Below are positions 23,634 to 37,722 of a stretch of DNA of 64,000 bases, piece by piece. Position 1 is the stretch's first letter; every line of letters starts with the position of its first letter. The notes below the pieces were generated by a model. The model was given only the letters and a program-made list of their open reading frames with translations. It did no database searches and was not told the origin of the DNA. Source of the DNA: Octopus vulgaris. Its lineage: Eukaryota. The stretch is taken from NCBI GenBank assembly GCA_951406725.2, contig OX597822.1:99448001-99512000 (forward strand), written 5' to 3'. Made by a program: the position numbers and the translations under genes.

Positions 23634-26609
23634 CGATGATAAAAGAAAAGCAGAACAAATTTTAAGAAAAGTAGGAAAATTTATTACAATGCTTTTTCTT
23701 ATGAATCCTAATTTTAAACCAAATTTATTTTAAAGTCTGTTTTAAATCTAATATGGCAGTGGTGGATCTCCGTCATTAGATGACAAGGATTTAGTTGTCC
23801 AATCAACTGAATTGTCTGTTCTTGAATGAATATCTAAGTGGTTAAGCATTCCTCAAACATGCATACCCTTGAAGTGATTCTCAGGCAAAATCAGTGTGAC
23901 CCAGTATGAGTATGACAAGGCTGTATCTTTCAAATTATAGGTACAATCCAATTCTGGGCTTCTATACAGTTTCCATAAAGCCAATTTATTCACAAAGCAT
24001 GGGGCAACCTAAAGCTATAGAAAATGACATTTGTCTAAGATATCATGGAATGAAATTGAACCCTGGACTTCATGATTGTGAACCCTGGATTTCTTGATTA
24101 TTTGACCACATTGCCCTTACAAATCTAATATAATCTCATTATAAAAGAATGATATAGCTCCTTTTAGATGATATTATTATACATAATCTAAAGTATTTAG
24201 TACAAAGTCCTTAAATACAAAGATTATATCATTATAGATAACTGCAAATACTCTACATATAACAAACAGAAAAAAAAAGAACTCATAGATACTCAAATTA
24301 ACTTCTTTCATATTGTTTAAACCCTCCCAAGCAAAAACTCTAAGGCCCAAGCCAGAACAAAATTTGCATAGTGGGCAGAAAAGAAGTCAAAAATTTTGGT
24401 GTTCCTGAACTATTATAAATGACCATGAGTTTTGTTTTCCATCAGTTTAAATACCAGATTATCAGATTTTAGCAGCTTATTTTAGTAAAATTATTTGTGA
24501 TACATGCTTTAGTAAAAAACTTTGAAATTTTCCTATAGACATAAAAACAAAAAAAAAACTAAAAACCATGCAAAGTTACTACCTAGTTCTATCGTATGCT
24601 CTCCAATAATGTAATCTAAGTACAATTGTACTAAAAATATCTTATATAAAACACATCTAAATAATCTAAGCAAGCTGAAAATGTTGTGTTGTATTCATGA
24701 CCAACCCAATCAAACTGTATTTGATAGATAATCACAGTTTTAATGCAGTGGATTCATTTGCAAGATAAGTATATCACGTGATCAACCAGATTATAGGATA
24801 TTGTTATACATTGCTAGTCACAATGCGCTTTACATTATTTTAGCTTTTGAATGATGCCAGCCCACTAGCTTGGAGAGCAGGCCAACACTCCCTGTGATCA
24901 GAAGGCTAGTCTGTCACAGGGTTACCCATTTACAGTTGAGTGGATTGGAGCAATGTGAAATGAAGTATTTTGCCCAAGAACACAATGTACCACTCAGAGA
25001 TACACTGTGATCCATGGAGATGCATTTCAAAGCTGAAAATTATTTCCCCATGTTAGTGCATACTGAATTAGTTATTTTTGAATGTAACATAATTATAATT
25101 TGAATATGAGCTGAAGATATAACAATTACAGCAAACTATCTTACTGAAATTATGACAACCACTCTCTCGTCCAAATTACTGTTTTGACCATTATACTCTT
25201 TCCCCCTTCTTCCAACCAACATGGTTTTTCTCCTGTCATTAGAGACATTTCCTCAACTGCACAGTCTTGAATGAACTTTATGGAGTGGTAAAGACTTTCT
25301 AATCTTCAGAGTATGAGACATCCCCTCTATTACTGGTGCTGCTGTAAATTCACCCAGGACATTCTATAAAGTGGCTGGTGAATTAGCAGACATGTCAAGT
25401 CAAAAAGACCTTTTAGACTTATTGAGGAAATGGCAATCTTCCAAGAACTTGCGCCATGATAAAATGCACCCAGCACACTGTGTAAACTGGTTGGCATTAA
25501 GAAGGACATCCAGCTATAGAAACCATGCCAAAAATGTAACATACCAGCAAAATGTGGGCCTTAGACCCATCTAGGTCAGCAGTATCTCTGAAGAAGAGCT
25601 GTCTTGGACCATGACAACACATTCAATTCATTTCAGCAGAGAAAATAAGATGTAAAACGATTATGATGTTGGTGATACTCACCTTATAAGACATCAGTTG
25701 AAAAATATAAGAAAATTAAAATACAGTGAACAGACACTGAAAAGTCAATAAAATTTTATTCTTAGCTTGAAGAGTGTCACTTAGTTGCTTAACCTTCATA
25801 TTACATGTTCTAACATTTCTTTTTATATTGCACAAAGTCTAATTTTATGTCCAAAGTTCACAGGTTATAACTCTTGATGTTATGTAATTGCATGGAATGG
25901 CTTTTAGAGTTTCTCCAATTATTGAGTGTAGGGAAAACTAACAAAAATATGAATATAAAAAGTTCAAAAATTCCATATCCTTACAGGAAAATAGATTTAA
26001 TGCTGCATAGCAAGAATTACATGAAAACCCACTTCAATACATCTTGCATATTCTTTTCTAATCCCAAAACGGTCAAATTGCTTAGCATATATACATGTTT
26101 GAAATTATAATTTCCAAAGTTGGTACATTTTCTTTGGAGATTTCTGATCTTAGTTTGTCACTTCCCATTTCCCCTGCAGAATACAGTTTTAGCAATGATG
26201 TCCGTATTTTGAATTTGAAAACTAAGAGTCCTTTGGAAATTGTAGCACACACGCAATTATCATCACTATTGCTATAATGGTCTAACTTTCCATGTGTCCA
26301 TGGTCAAACAGGGTTTACTGAGGCACATTTTCTATGGCGGGATGCCCTTCCTGTTGCTAGCCCTCACCTATTTCTAAGCAAGATATCTACCAATAGCCAA
26401 ACATGTTTACATGTTTTTGTAAAATATTGGAAATGAATGACACTGCTTACATGAATGGCATTCACTAATAACAATCACATGATGTCAAGATAAGGAAGAG
26501 CCCCAGGGTTATGGTAGAAGACACTTACCCAAAGTACCAAACATTGGGAGTGAATCTAAACTATGTGGTTGGGAAGGAAACCTCTTAACCACATTTGACA
26601 TTTGTGCCT

Positions 26610-26656
<47 letters not shown>

Positions 26657-26739
26657 ACTTCATTTAGGCAGTGTATCTCCATGGATCAAATAAAGGGTTA
26701 GGTTTGAAATTCCAATACAACAACTGAGTTCAATATAAA

Positions 26740-26835
26740 ACATCTGAAGAAGGCTGGAACATACAACAGCCAAAACATAGTGAAGACAGTAATCAAAATG
26801 GCACCAGTCTGACTAATATAAACAGTATACATATT
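26740..26835 (+). mobile_element. Degenerate hammerhead-bearing Penelope-like terminal fragment
   Basis: acat-CTGAAGA-aGGCTG-gaacatacaa-CAGCC-AAAAC; same stem II as the 37/55-kb family, with GAAAC changed to AAAAC at a CpG. Confidence 0.5.
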
Positions 26836-27029
26836 ATGTATACTAATATACATATGCTTCAGAGGGAAGTGTTAGTTGAGTCCAGAGTGTAATAAGAGAT
26901 TATACGAATGGCAGGGAAACAAGAAATTATGTTATGAACTTCATTAGCTTACAGCTGTTTCTGCTATAAGAAGGAATACATAAATATCAACAGTCATTAT
27001 TCTTTTAAAATTAAGTACAAGCCTCTTTT

Positions 27030-27240
27030 GTTCACATGTTTCTTGTTGAAATACTTTGTTTCAATTAATTTTGAAAATAATGCAGAATTTAGTGAAAGAA
27101 TTTTTTCAATATGAAGCTGACATTTGGAACATAAAATTAACATGAAATTTTGATGGAAGCCTTTCACCTAGATCAGTTTAAAAACGAAAGTTTGCATCAT
27201 AAAACCAAGGGCAATTTCAGACAGATTGGTATCAAAAGGG
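27030..27240. mobile_element. piggyBac-type MITE family A (reverse orientation, left end decayed)
   Basis: Ends GGTATCAAAAGGG-TTAA. Confidence 0.7.
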
Positions 27241-27544
27241 TTAAAATTTCTTTAACAGTACAATGTTCATTGATATGAATCTTCTAGCTCTTTAACCTTC
27301 AATGACTTAAATTCTAAGTTAAATTGACAAGTGGTAATTCTTTGTGATTTGGCATTTGATATAGTGGAAGTGACAGTAAAGCTATCATCAGTCAAAGAAA
27401 AAAAAAGAAAAGAAAAGAAATAAAAAACAAAGAAACAAAACAAAAACAAATGCTATAACCATACCTTTCCTACAAATTGAGAATTATTCACTTATCTGAA
27501 AACATATCTCTGGACACTGATCATTAAGAAATGAATATTCTTAA

Positions 27545-27765
27545 CCCATTTGATACCAGCCTGTCTGGGACTACTCTAAAGTCTATGAAAGAAATTCACT
27601 GTTTTAAAGTGATCTAAATTTAAACTTTCCATCAAAATTTCATGCTAATTAATATTCCAGACACCAGTTTAATAATGACAAAGTTATTTTAATAAATTCA
27701 TTATTTTCAAAAATAATTTAAACAAAGACTGTCAATTTCCAACAGAAATATGGTAACAAAAGGAT
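27545..27765. mobile_element. piggyBac-type MITE family A
   Basis: TTAA-CCCATTTGATACC ... GGTAACAAAAGGA-TTAA. Confidence 0.8.
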
Positions 27766-28967
27766 TAATACTGAAATTAATAAAGCATACAAAGTAGAAC
27801 TTGTCGCATAAAAATTGCTGATTAACATGTTAGAAATATAATCACTAATTTTTCTTCTGATCAGTATTTAAGAACTCTGACCTACTGACTGGGCATTGTT
27901 AATGTCACTAATTACTGGTGGTGTGCACCAGAGAATTGATTGCGTTAATAAGGACATTGGCAAGAGCAGACACTGTATGAACTTGTAGTAGATGGTAGCT
28001 AGACAAATGAACTGGAGTATGTTCGGATTAAGTATAAAAACAACACACAAACAAAAAGAGAGAAAAATCAAAAACACAGCTTTGCTATGCAGACACATTA
28101 ACACTGCCTGAGTACAAGTATTAGCGTTCAACAATGGGTGATGCTGATTTCTCATTTATAAATGATAACTCTGAAGTAGCTTATATGGAAAGCAAATATT
28201 TTAAAACCTTATAGCACAAATCAATATATTGAATAGCTTTCATCTGAGATCGATGATAATATATAAAAGAGGAGTAAAACCATAAAAAAAAAATTAAGAA
28301 AAAGAAACAGTTTTTATAAGACTAAAATGGACTAAGTTCAAGGCAACTTCTGATATAAAATAAATCAATTTTAACAAGGAAAAACAAACGACAAATTGAG
28401 TTCTTCATCAAAAAAAGTGCCATTGAATCTGATTTGAGGAAAGAACATTTCAAAATGTAACTTTTCTTTTCAAACTTAGCTGAAGTATATATTTCATAAC
28501 CAAGTTTAAAGAGGTTCTATTAAAGTGCTGAAAGGTATAACTCTTTCCGCTATTAAGAGGGATTATGACAAAGCAGATTACAAACATATTTGTTTATATG
28601 TATGTCAACATAACCTAGCTTAAAATTTATGTATTTATGTATGTATGTATGTATGTATGTATGTATATTAAAAATAAGAATGAAGAATTAGAACATTCAA
28701 ACTAAGTTTATTTCCAGTTCGTATAATAGTCCAGCACGTGTTTCGATTGCACCAACGGCATTATTGTTCATTAAGTAGCCAAGAAATAACTGGAACATCA
28801 GATGAGAGCTAAAGATAGATTACCAAAAAGCGCACCATTGGAAAGGACCAGCTTTGGCATTTTAATCAGAGGAATTTGGTATCTGCCTGGATTTTATATC
28901 CCTCCATGTGCTATAATACACTCACACACACACACAAACAGTGTATAAATATCTAACTATATATGAA

Positions 28968-29434
28968 ATCGAAATCAATTTCAATGACAGCACCACACGA
29001 CTGACATCTGTGCTAGTGGAGCGCTAACAGCACCATCCGAGCTTGATTGTTGCCAGGGCCACTGACTGGCCACCATGCCGGTGGCACGTAAAAAGCACCA
29101 TTCATGCATGAACGTTACCATGGCATGTGAAAAACAACATTTGAGTGAGGTCGTTGCCAGTGCGGCTGGACTGGCTCCTGTGCAGGAGACATGTAAAAAA
29201 AACACCATTTGGGCGTGGCCATTGCCAGTACCACCTGACTGGCCCTTGTACTGATGGCACTTAAAAGCACCTACTACACTCTCGGAGTGGTTGGTGTTAG
29301 GAAGGGCATCCAGCTGTAGAAACTGCCAGATCAGATTGGAGCCTGGTGCAGCCATCTGGCTCACCAGTCCCCAGTCAAACAGTCCAACCCATGCCAGCAT
29401 GGAAAGCAGACATTAAACGAGGATGATGATGATG
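28968..29434 (+). mobile_element. SINE-like family 3
   Basis: GAAATCGAAATC head, internal repeats, (GAT)n tail. Confidence 0.85.
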
Positions 29435-30247
29435 ATATATATATATACACACACACATATTTATGTGTGTGTGTAATACAGGGTGTCGAAGTAACCCTCC
29501 CATTCGCCATTCTTGATAAATGTTTCAACAGCAGACACATTGTGCAATGCTCTGAACCATGATGGTAACCGAAAAAATGGTATAACGTTAGCATTACTAC
29601 TAGCCTAACTTCACTAGCACCACGTCAAAAGCCAAATAAAGTATGAAATATTTTTCTGTTGCACTCAGTATGTGTGTGTCTGTCTGTGTTTCACTATGCA
29701 TGTCTCAGATACCTATATTTATATCTGGCTAAGCATATTATATTGCATATCATATGGTAGACGGATAATTCATCGACAGACAACTTACAGATACTCCATG
29801 ATCAATACTTCTGCATGTCGACTCATAGTCCAGTCAGTCAACTGTGCAATCGGCGAATTGACTATCGGTGAATCATCTGTCAGTGAATTGTTTGCACGTG
29901 TATTATATTGCTATATGCTTTCTTCAATAGCATGTAACCTTCTAGTTAAGGCTTCATCATGAAGCTACCAGACGTGGCACTGGCATTCCAATCTTGCAGC
30001 TAAGTTCCTTAGAGCCAAAACTGTTGTACACTAACGAAGGTGATTATGTGAATCCTGTTCTTTTATCATTCATTTATTAATTGATATATATCAAAAAGTA
30101 GAAAGTGAAAATCTTTTGGTGTTGATATGAATTTCCTACACTGCATTCATAGCTGTCTCGATCTATATAATAACCAATGATGAATTTATAAATAACGAAG
30201 TGAATTAATATCTAGAATGAAAGCAAGCTTGTGTTAGTAACGATCAA

Positions 30248-30650
30248 TCTACATATATATATATATACATAAAGCTGAAGTTGTCTGTGTGTGTCATGTT
30301 TGGTAGCCTTCAACTAACACTATCTCCTCCGAGACCCTGCGGCGCAAGTTGACCAAAATTGAGTGTATGATAGAAGAAGGCTTGCTCTTCATTCCGTAGA
30401 AGAAAAAATTCAAATCGGACCATGTTACCACCAAAAATTATTTACATCAAAAAGGTGCTTTTTTTTCTATGAACATCCCTATTTTTTATGATTTTTTAAC
30501 TGCTGTGTCGCCATTTTTCAATGTATTTCAACCAGAAAAATGTTCACTTAAAGAGAATAACAAGCTACATAATGCAAAATTTTTACTTTTCAAAAATTCC
30601 AATTCTAAAGGATCGAAACAAACCCGAGCAACACTAGGCGATACTGCTAG
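30248..30650 (+). mobile_element. Non-autonomous Helitron
   Basis: A|TC start and CTAG|T end, no TSD. The 3' end AAACCCGAGCAACACTAGGCGATACTGCTAG is shared with the 2.3-3.2 kb units but the interior differs. Confidence 0.85.
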
Positions 30651-30765
30651 TCCATAATAGTTTGATTATAATGAAAAGTGAAGAATATAAAGTTTTATGA
30701 TCTTATTCTTTTTCTGGGAGAGAGGATGTCATTTTGCCTTCAAATTTCATCTTTAATTTAACAGT

Positions 30766-31140
30766 CAGGAGTGGGCTGTGTGGTAAGTAGCTTGCTTACC
30801 AACCACATGGTTCCGGGTTCAGTCCCACTGCGTGGCACCTTGGGCAAGTGTCTTCTATTATAGCCTCAGGCTGACCAAAGCCTTGTGAGTGGATTTGGGA
30901 GACGGAAACTGAAAGAAGCCTGTCGTATATATGTATGTGTATGTGTACACGTTTGTCCCCCTAACATCACTTGACAACTGATGCTGGTGTGTTACGTCCC
31001 CCGTAAATTAACAGTTCAGCGAAAGAGACCGATAGAATAAGTACTAGGCTTACAAAGAATAAGTCCTGGGGTTGATTTGCTCGACTAAAGGTAGTGCTCC
31101 AGTATGGCTGCAGTCAAATGACTGAAACAAGTAAAAGAGT
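30766..31140 (+). mobile_element. SINE family 2, near full length
   Basis: High similarity to 16877-17322. Confidence 0.9.
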
Positions 31141-31377
31141 CATCTGTTCATGAAGCAGTTATACATTGGACAAACTTTATATATGAGTTTATATTGCAGT
31201 CATTCCTATTTTGATTTGTTTCTGAATCTATGATTGAATTGAGTTTTTCACTCTTCTTGGCTTATTTTATCTTCTTCTAATAAAGCTTACAAGTCAGTAA
31301 GCTAATTTCCTTTACACAATAATCACTAATTTTCTACTTTCGTTGTCCATTTTCCCCTGATACTCACACAAGTTTAA

Positions 31378-31590
31378 TCTTTTAGCACCTAAACTAGCCA
31401 TGTCTGGCTAAAATATTCTATCTGTTTCATGTTCAAACTGGTCAAATCCAGTCTCTCACACATATGCTGCAATGCTTAAAAAATAAACACTCAATAAAAA
31501 TCTCGATGCTACAAAAGAATGCACAATAAATTCAAATCAATGTAAATAAATAAGTATTATATTTCAGAGAGTAATCCGATTGCTAAAGGG
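31378..31590. mobile_element. piggyBac-type MITE family B (reverse orientation)
   Basis: TTAA-TCTTTTAGCA ... TGCTAAAGGG-TTAA. Confidence 0.75.
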
Positions 31591-32880
31591 TTAAAGTTAC
31601 TTTCACATTTTTGCACACACCAGCATTTATTTTAATACTTTTTTTTAAAATTCAAATCAACCAGGTTAAACACGGGTTCAAAAGCTTATGATCTGATTAT
31701 TCATATTTATTGAAATTTTTTCCTTAATTGATCTCAGATTTTGATGCTTTAAGGAAAAACATGAATCGGAAATTGGCCATTATCAATTTGGTATTTAAAA
31801 GGTAATTGATAGCAGCCGAAGTATGTTTTAAAATAATACAGATATAGTGAAACAGAGATGTTCATACAAGAATTCATTCCATGTACAATCAACTAAATGG
31901 GTTGCCATGGGAATTAAATACACACTGGCAAAAGATTTATAATTGTGGTTTTGAAAAATGATACTGCTTTAAATTAAAATTGGAATTTTAAGTTGTAATA
32001 ATAAAGTTTCCAACTATAAAATTCAAGGTATAATTATAAAGCAAACTATTTGCTGCAGATCAAAAGAAAGCCTGACAAAACTGTCATCCACTGTCACTCT
32101 TTGGAAGTTCTAGTTGTAAAATTTGATATGTTGGTATGGTAATGTAATCACACGATGGACTATCGACATTCTGCTACGTTTTTATGCAAAGTATAAAATG
32201 TTAAATGAAATATTTGTCCCATTAAAACTAAAGTATTTCAGTTAATTATATATCTAGTTAAAAGATAAAATATTTGTACACTTCACCAAATTGTCTAAGT
32301 TTACACGGTTTCTTAAACCAGGAGACAGGACTAGCTGTTTGGTTAAGAAGTTTGCTTCCTGGCCATGTAGTTTCAGGTTCAGTTCCACTGTTGGCTATCT
32401 TCTATTATAGTGTTGGGCCAACCACAAATCTTGAGAGTAGATCTGGTTGTAGGAAACCGAAAGAAATCTGTCATACATGGGAGTTGCAATGAGCCTATCC
32501 AACCCACATAGAAAAGTAGGTATAATGATGAGGGTATATTGTTTTCACAAAAGATTTCTCAGAACAATTAATCATCATGATCATTATTTAGCATCTGTGT
32601 TTCCATCAATGGAATTCCAACCTAATCTGATTTTCACATTTTATTATTTACAGTTTTTACAATTTTACAAATTGAAATAAACTAGTACTTTCATGTGTTA
32701 TGCAATCATCAGGTTTATGTAGTGACAGTCATGTTCCACAACTGACAACTATAGTGAAATGGTTAGGTTTGTCATTTAAACACCCCACCAATGGGCTCCA
32801 GTAGATTGAATCTTATGAACTGTACTTTGATCAATCAGTATGTGGTTTAGATGCCACAGCTTGGTGAGCGTGCCAACTAA

Positions 32881-32934
<54 letters not shown>

Positions 32935-33739
32935 GATGATAATACATATATATGCATGAACACCATTTTCCCATATTACTTCATAATTTAAAAAAAAACT
33001 ACCATTCGTAAAATTATACAAATTCCACTTTTGATACTACTAAAGAAGAGTTATCAATAAATGCGTATCAATATAGGATTCCATTATTCTATATTATCTA
33101 AGTCTATTAACTATATTTGGAATACAAGACAACATAACAGTTTTTCACATAAATATTATGGATTATTACAGAAGACTAACCAAGGAAGTATACATGGATT
33201 TAAAGACTCAAATACTAAAGTCTACTCCCTAAAATCAAAAGCAGTCATTTTAAACTTATATTTCAAACAAACACTATTTTATAGTATTACTTCAAATTTT
33301 AAAAAAACTACCATTCGATATGTTATACAAAATTCAAATTTTATATCTCTGAAGAGCAGAAGAGTTGTCTATAAATGTTTATCAATATATGATTTCATTA
33401 TAGGGACAGCACTTCCGTGATACAATCATAAGATGCTTTAAAAACTAAATTTAACTTAAAACTTTTAAACTGTCATATACATTATATTCTTATACTTATA
33501 CATATTTACATATATTTTTATATATATTTATATGTTTAATGCAACAATTATTTTACACACGTATATATCTTTCTGAAGAATTTTCTAATATTGATTTCCC
33601 GATATTAATAATAATATATTATAAAATTTATATAATCACTGCTATTAAATATATAAATACTTTAATAGTATTAAGACTTTGATACAATAGAGCACTCAAT
33701 ATAAATTCAGTACATAATATTCTCATTGAATATACTTAA

Positions 33740-33742
<3 letters not shown>

Positions 33743-33781
<39 letters not shown>

Positions 33782-33853
33782 ATACATATACATATACATA
33801 TATGTACATATATATACATATACACATACATACATATATGTACATATATATAC

Positions 33854-33888
<35 letters not shown>

Positions 33889-34243
33889 TACATACATACA
33901 TACATACATACACACGTATATACATACACATATATATACATACATAGACATATATATATACATTCATACATACACATATATATACATATATACCTACATA
34001 TATATACATACATACACATATATATATACATTCATACATACACATATATATACATATATACCTACATATATATATACATATATACATATATACATACATA
34101 TATATATACATATATACCTACATATATATATACATATATACATATATACATACATATATATATATACATACATATATATATACATACATACATAAATAAA
34201 TATATACATACATACATACATACATACATAAATAAATATATAT

Positions 34244-34274
<31 letters not shown>

Positions 34275-34382
34275 CATGCATACATACATATATATATACA
34301 TACATACATACATATATACATGCATACATACATATATATATACATACATACATATATACATATACATACATATATACATATA
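33743..34382. repeat. Compound (TA)n/(TACA)n/(TATACA)n microsatellite, about 640 bp
   Basis: Directly visible; source of the spurious YI/MYV ORFs. Confidence 0.95.
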
Positions 34383-34600
34383 CAGAAATGTTAGCGAGCC
34401 AGGCGAAATGCTTAGCAGTATTTCGTCTGTCGTTACATTCTGAGTTCAAATTCCGCCGAGGTCGACTTTACCTTTCATCCGTTCGGGGTCGATAAATAAA
34501 GTACCAGTTTCACACTGGGGTCGATGTAATCGACTTACTCCCTTTGTCTGTCTTTGTTTGTCCCCTCTATGTTTAGCCCCTTGTGGGCAGTAAAGAAATA
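34383..34600 (+). mobile_element. SINE family 1, slightly 5'-truncated
   Basis: Homologous to 11390-11622. Confidence 0.9.
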
Positions 34601-35807
34601 TATATACATATACATACATACATACATACATACATACATACATGCATATACATCCACTTACAAAGCCCTTGAGCTAAAATAGAGGATGCTTGCTCAAGAC
34701 TATAGTAGAAAACACTAGCTCAACGTTCAACCCACCATTTGGACTAAACACAAGATCACACAGTTGGGAAGCAAGAAGCTTAACCACACAACCATAACTA
34801 AGTTATATTATGTCCGGGGTTATAGCCAACCAAAACGCTACTTTGAAAAAGGTTTTTTGTTATTTTTTTAAAGTTCTAAATTTCTTTCTTTATTTATAGC
34901 CATTGTAAATCATAGTCACAATCATACTTGCAGAAACAAGTTTATGTAAATGAAATAAATATGACTAAAGCAGTATTGCTTACTACTAATGTACATAAGT
35001 AAAGGTATTTTAATGGTATGAATATCAATTCTATGTTTACTGTATATTAAACGCAGTTTAAATCCAATACAGTATTTTCTCATAAACAATCATAAAAAAC
35101 AGAAAACTTTACAAGTAAAACATATTTCTCAAAAAAAATCTACTCTTACATTATTTTCAAATGCTTTCTTTACATATCATTGTAGTATGCTAGCAATAAG
35201 CAAATAATGGTTATAAAAAAAACGTGGCATACTCTCTGTTTAAACTAAAGACAATGAATCAACACTTCAAGTGCAGTCGAGATATTACATCTGATTAAAG
35301 GCAGATAAAACTGCTGTATTGATGCAATCAGACAAAAAGGGATGTTCCATTAGTTAAGTTAATTATATTAGTTCTGTGAGTAGGATGTTTAAAAGAAAGA
35401 ATTAACAAAACACTGCAGATATGACTGAAATGTTTTATCTCTATAATACTGTGTTCTGTAATGCATTTATCATATATTATAGTAAGATATATAGAGTGTT
35501 GAATGGTAGTGAAAGCAGAAAGTGTGTAGAGATATAGTAGGAACTGATAACCAAACTGGGTGCTAGTGAACTGAGAAAAGGTTATGAAAGGAACTAAATA
35601 GAGGTCTATACAACAGTTTGGAAAATCTGTAATTGATGACAGGAAGTGGATGCTGTCTCATGACAAAGGATTCAAGATTATTTGACGTAGATATAAGCTA
35701 ACAGATACTCAAGATTAGGGACTTAAAAAACTGATATTTTCAGAGCCAATCTTCTCAGATAGGGTAAGCAATATGGCACTCATTATTAATGGAGGTATTC
35801 TCTCAAT

Positions 35808-36200
35808 TCATCATCATCATCGTCATCGTTTAACGTCCGTTCTCCATGCTAGCATGGGTTGGACGGTTCGACCGGGGATCTGGGAAGCCAGAAGGCTGCA
35901 TCAGGCTCCAGAATTATCTGGCAATGTTTCTACAGCTGGATGCCCTTCCTAACACCAACCACTCCGTGAGTGTTGTGGGTGCTTTTTACGTGCCACCTGC
36001 ACAGGTACCAGGCGAGGCTGGCAACGGCCACGGTCGGATTGGTGTATTTTACGTGCCACCGGCACAGAGGCCAGTCGAGGCGGCGCTGGCATCGGCCACG
36101 AGTCGGATAGTGCTTTTTACGTACCACCAGACCAGGGATCCTGGCTGGTTCAATTCGATTTCAATTTCGCTTGCCCCAACATGTCTTCGCAAGCAAAAGG
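35808..36200 (-). mobile_element. SINE-like family 3
   Basis: (CAT)n tail, internal repeats, CGATTTCAATTTCG head region. Confidence 0.85.
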
Positions 36201-37258
36201 GGTTGGCATTAAAACTATTTGACAAAAAGAAATACTGGAAATCTATTTTGTAATTGTATTACGTTTGCTTAAGTGGTGTTATATTTTTCTCAAGTTGTTT
36301 GTTTTTCACTTTATTCATTGGTTGGTTTAGTAGCCCTCCACCTATTGGTCATGTCATTTATATCCCGTTTTGCTAAGTTGTTCTGTCTATTTTATAAATT
36401 GTTATCTTGTAACTGAAGTCACTCACAATATTTTAAGTACATTCATTGGTTATCCAATATTTTCACTGGTTAGCTTTGATATTGTTTACATACTGTTTTT
36501 CTGGGCCTGTTATTCTGATTTTTTTCTTTCTTAGATTCCTCCATAGGAGAAATATATTCATATTGAACTCCAAAGTTCATCTGAACTCCAAAGAAGGTAA
36601 AAAAATCTGCAGAAGAAGCACAATTCCAACACACACAAATTAGTCCATGGGGAAAAAAAGATACATAGTTCAGGGACATCAGATATTAATTCCTACTTCC
36701 ACATACAGAGAGAATATAGTAAACTAGCTTTCATGATTTCAAATATAAAATAATAAATTATGAAGCAGACGAAATGATAACTTTAACAAAACAAGGTACA
36801 AAAGATGTAATCAACAGGCAGAGATACAACTGTTGAACCAACCAATAACCAGTAAGCAAATAAAAAACCTTAAGTAAAACATGGCAGAGCTTAGGAAAAC
36901 AGGATGTGATTGCAAAGCAGACAAGCAGAATCAGAACACTTATTGAACAAACTAATAGGAAACAATGATATACCATTTCAGAAAGACGAAATCCAAAATA
37001 ACGGAAAACTGAAGTAGAGAGTATAGAAGATAAAAAACAGTGAAGCCAACCAACGAAAGATAGAACAAACAATGAATATATCAAAACAAGTTTTAGTGAT
37101 ACCAGATGCAAAATAACAATTTATGAAGTAGACAGAATAATTACTTTAGTGAAACTCAATATAAATGTTGTGATCAATAAGAAAATACTACCAAACTCAC
37201 AAATGAATAAACAACGCTGACACACAAACACACAAATAGATATTTATATGCAAATATA

Positions 37259-37516
37259 TACATTATTTACATTTGACAGATATTTGTCCTCATCTTATTT
37301 GTTGTTAACGGAACGTTTTAGCTGATTTACCCTCCAGCCTTCATCAGGTGTCTTGGGGAAATTTCAAACCTGGGTTCTCATTCCTAAGGTATTTTTCGAT
37401 GTTATTATTATTATTATTATTATTCAGATCACTGCCTGGAATCGGACTTGAAATCTTTGGGTTAGTAGCCCGCACTCCAAGCAGTGACCTGACTAATAAC
37501 AATAATAATAATAATG

Positions 37517-37550
<34 letters not shown>

Positions 37551-37722
37551 CAATATCGAAAAATACTTTAGGAGTGAGAACCCAGCTACAAAATGTCCCC
37601 CAAGACTCCTGATGAAGGCTGGAGTGTATATCAACCAAAACGTGTTAACAAACAAGATGAGGACAAATATCCATCAAATGTAAATAATGTACATAATTCC
37701 TCATCTCTTAAATATAGAACAG
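37259..37722. mobile_element. Inverted pair of a tRNA-headed, hammerhead-bearing element with 12-bp TSD
   Basis: Minus copy about 37259-37476, plus copy about 37477-37722. Both contain CTGATGA-aGGCTG...; TSD TATGCAAATATA at 37247-37258 and 37723-37734; only the plus copy has the final about 30-nt tail. Confidence 0.85.

Noticed and set aside
27465-27469. 5-nt microexon (tag|GAAAG|gtatgg, minus strand)
   Set aside because: Weak pyrimidine tract and frame-shifting length; expected by chance.
33723-34449. Long ORFs (up to 213 aa) rich in Y/I/H/T/M/V/C
   Set aside because: Translations of a compound TA/TACA microsatellite; the same applies to ORFs at 12067, 16780-17537, 17769-18066 and 19038-19356.
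36758-37111. 117-aa hydrophobic ORF resembling a membrane protein
   Set aside because: Antisense of an A-rich repeated module; hydrophobicity follows from T-rich codons.
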